From Candidatus Methanophagales archaeon (GTDB taxonomy: Archaea; Halobacteriota; Syntropharchaeia; Alkanophagales; Methanospirareceae): a stretch of DNA of 40,802 nt. The notes below the pieces were generated by a model. The model worked only from the letters and a program-made list of their open reading frames with translations, was not told where the DNA came from and made no database searches. The stretch spans positions 1 through 40,802 of the forward strand of contig JAUWND010000003.1 in the NCBI GenBank assembly GCA_030612835.1, read 5' to 3'. A program made the position numbers and the translations under genes. Below, piece by piece: positions 34,899 through 40,802 of this stretch (the first letter of the stretch is position 1; every line of letters starts with the position of its first letter).

Positions 34899-36281
34899 AT
34901 GACGGAGTTGCAAAAAAGCCTGGAAAAGGCAGCGGAGATAATAAAAAGGCATGAATATGCAAGAGTGATTTCGCATTACGATGCAGATGGGATAACATCC
35001 GTGGCGATTATTTGTACGGCCCTGCTTCGAAGAGGGATACAGTTCCATGCGACTATCGTAAATAAGGTAGAACTGTCACTCATACAAGACTTAAATGAGG
35101 GGCTCGTTATATTCTGCGACATGGGCACGGCACACACGGATTTGATATTAGAGCATCTTAAAGAGAAGGATGTGGTAATCATAGACCATCACGTACCATT
35201 AGCATCTGTCCCAGTTCCGACATCCCCTACATCATCCTTTGTACTCGTAAATCCGTATTGCTCTAGCGAGGAGAAAGAAGAAATAGGCGGTGATATTTGC
35301 GCCGCAGGTATCTCTTATCTTGTGGTAAGGTGCTTATCAACTGACGCTAATAATAACATAGATCTTGCAGGACTCGCGGTAGCGGGGTCATTAGGGGATA
35401 AGGTAGCGCTGGATAGCGGAATAAACAAATTGATTTTGGACGAGGGAATAAATGAGGGAGTTATCTCGGTTAAAAACGGGCTAAAGCTCGGCGACGGTAA
35501 AATACGTGATTTGATTATTTTCGCGACCGATCCATATATCCCACTTGCAGGTAGGGATGAGTGGGTGGATGCCTTTTTGGATAAGATAGGTATAGAAGGC
35601 GATAAGGATATAAACGATTTAGATGCGGACGTGGAAAGGCAATTAGCCGATGCTTTGTTGGCGCTATCAAAAGAATCATCAGCCGGCATCAGTGAGGATG
35701 CTCTGGTGGGAGAGACGTACATTTTAAATTCCGAGGTGGTGAAAAACAGCCTGGATTTTATGCGATTGGTGGATGCTTGTGGTCGGTTTGGAAAAGCAGG
35801 TATTGGGATAGGGCTGTGCCTACGAGATGCGAAACAGATAGAAGATGCAACTTCGCTACACATGCAGTTTCAAAGCAAACTTGTTTCCGAGTTGGGTAGA
35901 ATAGAAAGTGAGGCAGAAGTTCTAAAAGAGCTACAAAATATGTTCTATTTCTATGTGCACGAGACGGGCGTAACTGGCGTTTCATCTGGAATTCTAGCGG
36001 AATATCTATACACCGAGAAGCCGGTAATTGCGTTAAACAAGAAAGACGGAACAGAGGACGGTAAAAGGTCGGAAACGAAAATATCCGCGCGATGTAATAA
36101 AAAACTTGTTGCAAAAGAGGATGGAATAGACCTTTCTAAGGCGATGGAGCAAGCATCAAAAGAAGTAGGTGGCTTTGGTGGTGGACATCCGGTTGCCGCG
36201 GGTGCGTCCATTCCCAACGGGTCCGAAGGAGAGTTCATAGCTGCTCTCGATCGGATATTAGGCGAGCAAAACGCTAGCTGA
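34899..36281 (+). CDS. DHH/DHHA1 phosphoesterase, archaeal RecJ-like
   Basis: SHYDADG, DMG, IDHH, SAR and GGGHPVAAG. Confidence 0.93.
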   Translation: MTELQKSLEKAAEIIKRHEYARVISHYDADGITSVAIICTALLRRGIQFHATIVNKVELSLIQDLNEGLVIFCDMGTAHTDLILEHLKEKDVVIIDHHVPLASVPVPTSPTSSFVLVNPYCSSEEKEEIGGDICAAGISYLVVRCLSTDANNNIDLAGLAVAGSLGDKVALDSGINKLILDEGINEGVISVKNGLKLGDGKIRDLIIFATDPYIPLAGRDEWVDAFLDKIGIEGDKDINDLDADVERQLADALLALSKESSAGISEDALVGETYILNSEVVKNSLDFMRLVDACGRFGKAGIGIGLCLRDAKQIEDATSLHMQFQSKLVSELGRIESEAEVLKELQNMFYFYVHETGVTGVSSGILAEYLYTEKPVIALNKKDGTEDGKRSETKISARCNKKLVAKEDGIDLSKAMEQASKEVGGFGGGHPVAAGASIPNGSEGEFIAALDRILGEQNAS

Positions 36282-36367
36282 TTTTAGATGCCTTCCTTGT
36301 ATCTGCACAAAAATTGGTGGATCTTTTTTTGAACCGACAATGTAAAATGAAAAATAACATTATAGAA

Positions 36368-36505
36368 CCTTAACTTCGAATCGTTTTGGGGAACATAAGC
36401 AATCCCAGTGCTTCATCCAAGTCCATCACTTTCTTTGGAACCTCAGTGATCATGCCACGCCCTCGTATTTCAAGATGGTAGACCTTGCGGTATTTGTTTA
36501 GCCCC
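36368..36505 (-). mobile_element. Probable IS remnant (transposase C-terminus plus one end, IS1634-like)
   Basis: A start-less minus frame KYRKVYHLEIRGRGMITEVPKKVMDLDEALGLLMFPKTIRS* stops inside a CCTTAACTTCG end. The family is recalled from memory only. Confidence 0.4.
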
Positions 36506-36511
36506 TTTTTA

Positions 36512-36637
36512 TAACCACAAGATTACACTGATTTCCACAAGAAAAAGAATATTAATAACATAGTTTCAGTACACCATTAGCTACGTTATACCCAATATTC
36601 CCAAGTTCTTGTGTTAATCTTGTGAAATCTCGTGGTT
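36512..36637. repeat. REP-like periodic palindrome, family 2 copy with long spacer
   Basis: TAACCACAAGATTACACTGATTTCCACAAGAA...TTCTTGTGTTAATCTTGTGAAATCTCGTGGTT; arms match 28682-28747. Confidence 0.85.
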
Positions 36638-36745
36638 TTTTTATTCCGCTATCCGAATACAAAACGAAAACTTAAATAATAGAAAACGCCCTAAGTTAAC
36701 AGCAATACAATACAATACAATATATTAAAATTAAAATAAAGAAAA

Positions 36746-39091
36746 ATGAGCACTAACTCCTCACGAGCACAAGACCCACTAACTATTTTGAACTCCGTGT
36801 TCAATCACCACACTTTCCGCTCACGCCAGGAAGAAATAATTAGTAACGTATTAGTCCAAAAGAACACTTTAGCTATTTTACCCACGGGTGTTGGTAAATC
36901 CATCTGTTTTCAAATACCCGCATTGATATTTGACGGTTTAACAGTGGTTGTAAGTCCATTAATCGCCTTGATGAAGGATCAGGTAGACAATCTAAAGAAG
37001 CACGGCATCTTTGAAGCTGCATATATCAATTCCATGCTCGATCAAAACACGAAGGAACGGATACACAAGCTTTTAAAAGAATCAAAATTGAAGATGCTCT
37101 ATGTCGCTCCAGAAACATTCGTAGATAATAAACTGATGAGTATATTGAAGACATGCAATATCAGTTTAATAGCGATAGACGAGGTGCATTGCATTTCCGT
37201 CTGGGGACATAACTTCAGACCGGATTATTTACGGCTGCAGCAGGTGATCGCGGATTTACACAATCCACCACCACCCGTACTCGGATTGACCGCCACAGCC
37301 ACAAAAACAGTCGAAAACGACATACAAAAGCAATTGGGCATCAAATGTGACGTGTTTAAAGACAGTTTTGACCGAAAGAACCTGCTATTTTCCGTTGTTC
37401 CTATGATGAAGAATAATAGGAAAGAATTGAGTTTGAAACGACTTTTAGGACAACTCAAAGGCTCCACTATCGTTTACGTTAATTTCACAAAAACCGCGGA
37501 ATGGCTGGCCACATATTTGGCCGATTCGGGATTGAGTGCATCGTATTATCACGGTCAGATAAGGGATAGTGAAGAGCGGAAAAGGGTACAGAACGATTTT
37601 ATAAACGGGCGAACGCGAATCGTAGTCGCCACCAATGCCTTTGGTATGGGTATTGACAAAGAGGACATAAGGGCGATAATACATTATAATTTACCGAAAT
37701 CTATTGAGAACTATTATCAAGAGGTAGGTCGTGCAGGAAGAGACCAGAATATCTCTAATTGCATCTTGCTATACTCAAAAGGCGATGAAATACAGTTACG
37801 GAAGTTGATTCAGCGCAATACGCCATCTGCGGAGCAAATTAAAGCGGTGCTCGATCTGTTGACACAAGGAGAGGGCGATTTGATTTATGTGAATGTGAAG
37901 CGGCTAGCAAACGAGTTGACGCTGGACGAAGTCCCCATTAGATTGATTTTGCATAATCTTGAGCGGTTGGGCGCGCTAAAAACGTATTTCAAGATTTTTA
38001 AACGTGCAGTGGTGAGTGTGCAGCATGCTGATTTTGGATCGCTAAAATATCGCCTTGATACGGAGAAGATATATAAAAATGCGTATTTTAATGCGTCCTT
38101 AAATAGGTGGATGGACCTGGACATGTTGAGTAGTGCCGTTCAAATATCTGTTTCGCGGATAAACAATGTGTTGCGTGAGTTGAAGACCGCAGGCATGATA
38201 GAACTTGTAGAGCGTGATTTCTGCACGCCTGTTAAAGTCTATCCGGGCATAAAGGATGTCGACATAATGGATCTTCATCAAATCCTTCTCCGATTAGAGA
38301 CTAACAGCATGAAAAAGATAGACAAGATAGTGGAATATGTAGAGAGCAAAGAGTGCAAGAGGAAGTTCATTTTGAATTATTTCGGTGAAGACTATGACGG
38401 AGATTGCAATGCATGCAGTGTTTGCAATCCGCTTTTAAGTCTTATTGGCGATGGTTTTGAGCGTAGCACCGAGCCACAACCCGAATTGAGCCCCGCTACC
38501 GGAGAAGAGGAGTTATTAGATGAAAGTGCAACAATCGCTTTTAGTATCCTCGAATTAGTAAGAACTCTGGACTTTCACGTGGGTCGAACGTTCCTGGCCA
38601 ATATATTAATCGGCTCGAAATCAAAGCGGATATTGGAGCAGAATCTGCAAGAATCACGCTACTATGGTATCTTGAAAGGATATACCGCAGAGGAAGCAAG
38701 AACGATTATTGATCAGATGATAGCAAAAGGCTATTTGATTACTAAACAGGGTAGTTCGAGCTATCCAAGACCTCAATTATACCTTACCGAGTTGTCCGAG
38801 AAGGCGTTAAAAGAGCAGATGCCAATAGAGTTGCAGTTGCCCGTGAAGAAGGCGGAAATATGCGAAACGGGTAATTTGCGCGTGCTGGAAGCGTTGAAGG
38901 AGTGGCGGAAACGAATTGCCGCTGAGAACAGTATCCCCGCATATTGCGTTTTTCATGATAGCACGTTAATCGGTATAGCAAATCGCTTACCGAAGACAAC
39001 TCAGGAGTTGCAAACTATAAAAGGGATTGGTAAAAGGAAGATTGAGAATTATGGCGATGAAATATTGGAGATAGTGGAAGCAATAGAATAA
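36746..39091 (+). CDS. recQ: RecQ family ATP-dependent DNA helicase with Zn/RQC and HRDC domains
   Basis: PTGVGKS, DEVHC..WGHNFRPDY, LTATAT, QEVGRAGRD, C..CNACSVC, and HRDC IPAYCVFHDSTL. Confidence 0.95.
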   Translation: MSTNSSRAQDPLTILNSVFNHHTFRSRQEEIISNVLVQKNTLAILPTGVGKSICFQIPALIFDGLTVVVSPLIALMKDQVDNLKKHGIFEAAYINSMLDQNTKERIHKLLKESKLKMLYVAPETFVDNKLMSILKTCNISLIAIDEVHCISVWGHNFRPDYLRLQQVIADLHNPPPPVLGLTATATKTVENDIQKQLGIKCDVFKDSFDRKNLLFSVVPMMKNNRKELSLKRLLGQLKGSTIVYVNFTKTAEWLATYLADSGLSASYYHGQIRDSEERKRVQNDFINGRTRIVVATNAFGMGIDKEDIRAIIHYNLPKSIENYYQEVGRAGRDQNISNCILLYSKGDEIQLRKLIQRNTPSAEQIKAVLDLLTQGEGDLIYVNVKRLANELTLDEVPIRLILHNLERLGALKTYFKIFKRAVVSVQHADFGSLKYRLDTEKIYKNAYFNASLNRWMDLDMLSSAVQISVSRINNVLRELKTAGMIELVERDFCTPVKVYPGIKDVDIMDLHQILLRLETNSMKKIDKIVEYVESKECKRKFILNYFGEDYDGDCNACSVCNPLLSLIGDGFERSTEPQPELSPATGEEELLDESATIAFSILELVRTLDFHVGRTFLANILIGSKSKRILEQNLQESRYYGILKGYTAEEARTIIDQMIAKGYLITKQGSSSYPRPQLYLTELSEKALKEQMPIELQLPVKKAEICETGNLRVLEALKEWRKRIAAENSIPAYCVFHDSTLIGIANRLPKTTQELQTIKGIGKRKIENYGDEILEIVEAIE

Positions 39092-39157
39092 TAGACATGA
39101 AATATTTAAAGGGCGATGAATGGTACCCGTGGAAAAGATGCAGCGATAAGAAAAACG

Positions 39158-39979
39158 ATGAAAAAGTTAATCATATACACAGACGGTGCTTGTCGGGGTA
39201 ACCCAGGACCCGCGGGCATAGGCGTTGTGATCTGCAATGAATCGGGCAAGATAATAAAAGAAGATAAGGAATCCATAGGTAACGCAACCAACAACATTGC
39301 TGAATATCGGGCATTGATAAAAGCATTAGAGCTGGCAAGTGATTTTTCCGTAACCCGAGTTGAATGCTTTTCGGACAGCGAGTTGATGGTCAGACAACTT
39401 AATGGTGCATACAGAGTTAAAAACGAGAATTTACACGAATTGTTTCTTCTGGTAAAAGAAAAAGCGAGGCTGTTTGAAGAGGTAACATATAGTCACGTGT
39501 CGAGAGAGAAAGGGCTTATAAAAAGGGCAGATAAACTGGCTAATCTCGGAATAGATGAGGACAAATTGAGCGAGAGTGTCTATGACAAAGAGAAAGAGAG
39601 AAGAAAGGCAAAAGAATTAAAAGAAGATGGTTGGACTTATTTTGTAAAAGGCAAGGAGTTGTTCTCGAAATATAGGGACGATTTATCCTCTGGTCACGTT
39701 GAAGAAATCGAAATGTGCTTTAGAAAAGCAATAGAGTTAAAACCTAATCTATGGGCACCACATTACTATTTAGGTGAGCTATTCTATTCAATAGAGCAAT
39801 ATCCTGCTGCAAAAGTAGAATTTGAGATAGTTCTTGAGAATACGCAGGATAGTGAGCCGGCTAAGTACTATTTGGGGGAGATTAAACGATTTGAAGCCGG
39901 AAATACGCTTCCAAAAAAGTTAGAAGAAGTAAGAACGATGATAAATAATCCAATATTACTAAATTATGCATTGATATAA
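39158..39979 (+). CDS. rnhA: Ribonuclease HI fused to TPR repeats (5' part of an interrupted longer gene)
   Basis: YTDGACRGNPGPAGIG, TNNIAEY, DSELM, ADKLAN; TPR FRKAIELKP...HYYLGE. Confidence 0.88.
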   Translation: MKKLIIYTDGACRGNPGPAGIGVVICNESGKIIKEDKESIGNATNNIAEYRALIKALELASDFSVTRVECFSDSELMVRQLNGAYRVKNENLHELFLLVKEKARLFEEVTYSHVSREKGLIKRADKLANLGIDEDKLSESVYDKEKERRKAKELKEDGWTYFVKGKELFSKYRDDLSSGHVEEIEMCFRKAIELKPNLWAPHYYLGELFYSIEQYPAAKVEFEIVLENTQDSEPAKYYLGEIKRFEAGNTLPKKLEEVRTMINNPILLNYALI

Positions 39980-40381
39980 TGGCTTGAAAACGCTCTTAGG
40001 GTTCTAATTCAAGAAGTATTAAGCAGGAAGTATGGAGAGGAATGGTGGTGGGAAGGAGTTGATATCAATACACGAAAGGAATGTGCGGAGAGAAAGCAAG
40101 AAGCTCAACTAAAGGAAGAGAGGAAACTATCGGAATTGCTTTTTATTGACTTCCATACCTATGCAGAAATCATCGAGAAGAAAAAGAAAATCTTCACTCC
40201 TATCTTGGGGAAAACAGAAATAGATGAGTTGATAAATAGATTGAAAAAGCTCATACCAATCCGTAATGCAATAATGCATTGCAAAGGTCAATATCTCTCT
40301 GAGGAAAGAATTTCAAGACTGAAAGAAAGCTGCATTGAACTACAAAAATTGGTACAGAAAGTTGAACAAAGGGAAAAATAG
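39980..40381 (+). pseudogene. Swt1-like HEPN domain in frame with the RNase HI-TPR ORF, beyond a single TAA
   Basis: The same frame continues WLENALRVLIQEVLSRKYGEEWW...IRNAIMH (Rx4H) to the stop at 40381. Confidence 0.8.
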
Positions 40382-40391
40382 ATATTGACAC

Positions 40392-40626
40392 ATGGAGTGG
40401 AAGAAAGCTTTTTTGGATGTCGCTGTTAGTATCTGCCCTTATTGGGGAACACCATACGCAGATGCGAGCTGGTATGCCCTAGAATTGGGCTGTGATGTTG
40501 AATGTGAAGTGTGTGGAATGTGTTGAAACCCCCAAAACGTCAAATGCAGATAAGTTCCCACTCGAATTCCTGTTGAATGAGACTGGGAAAGTCATAGGGG
40601 TGAAAAAGAAAAAGCCAATAGATTGA
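40392..40626 (+). pseudogene. Degraded small zinc-ribbon protein gene
   Basis: MEWKKAFLDVAVSICPYWG...CEVCGMC*; a shifted frame then gives DKFPLEFLLNETGKVIGVKKK. Confidence 0.5.
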
Positions 40627-40667
40627 ATACCTCTTTACTTAGTTAGAAGAAGTTGGAGAATGACGAC

Positions 40668-40802
40668 TGTACTATAACAAGCACTTTTCCAGCATATAAT
40701 CCGCAGCAATGTCTAGAACATATTCCCAATATTTCCATCGCTTAATGAAAGCACCATTATGCCAAGCTTCCATCCCTCTCAATGTAACTTTCATTTCCAC
40801 AG
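40668..40802 (-). mobile_element. 3' end of a gene running off the window, possibly an IS481-like transposase with its terminus
   Basis: Minus frame ...VEMKVTLRGMEAWHNGAFIKRWKYWEYVLDIAADYMLEKCLL* stops 4 nt before a terminal ...TACA (TGT end on +). Confidence 0.35.

Noticed and set aside
4985-36637. Periodic repeats as a possible CRISPR array
   Set aside because: They are dispersed hairpins with no repeat-spacer alternation, and there are no cas genes.
196-38999. Numerous antisense or overlapping ORFs in the track (e.g. 196-687, 5427-5969, 12669-13094, 24889-25380, 33482-34168, 35315-35863)
   Set aside because: They are shadows of well-supported genes on the other strand or frame and have no motifs of their own.
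39977-39979. Pyrrolysine or selenocysteine recoding of the in-frame stop
   Set aside because: The codon is TAA, not TAG or TGA.
40524-40526. TGA in the zinc-ribbon gene as selenocysteine
   Set aside because: The gene also shows a Cys-to-Trp change and a frameshift, so decay is the simpler explanation.

Overview
Archaeal chromosomal segment. The combination of mtd, NAC, archaeal GluRS, a BHB-intron tRNA and many multiheme cytochromes suggests an anaerobic methanotroph or alkanotroph such as ANME-1/Methanophagales; this taxon call is inference. 1-10.1 kb is a multiheme cytochrome c locus: three tandem paralogous secreted cytochromes, an S26 signal peptidase, a small trihaem cytochrome sharing their processing motif, a lipoprotein cytochrome, CcmF and a NapC/NirT-like cytochrome, several with non-canonical haem motifs (CxCH, Cx3CH, Cx5CH). 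10-20 kb holds housekeeping and accessory genes: Yip1, Lrp, gltX, a cohesin-domain protein, a short Smc5/6-like ATPase and a presenilin-like protease. 20-23.6 kb is a small accessory island with a nuclease-nitrilase fusion. 23.8-31.3 kb is a ten-gene minus-strand cluster joining a DUF4178-PspA-SpeD-DUF350 module to a bacterial-type RsbV/RsbU/RsbW partner-switching module that encloses a TPP enzyme, although archaea have no sigma factors. 32-40.8 kb has mtd, tRNA-Val, nac, nadK, tRNA-Arg (intron), a DHH nuclease, RecQ and an RNase HI-TPR-HEPN fusion split by one in-frame stop. Non-coding DNA carries two copies of an IS6-type MITE (one with a perfect 8-bp target duplication) and six REP-like periodic palindromes. 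All family assignments come from motif recognition by eye; no searches were run.
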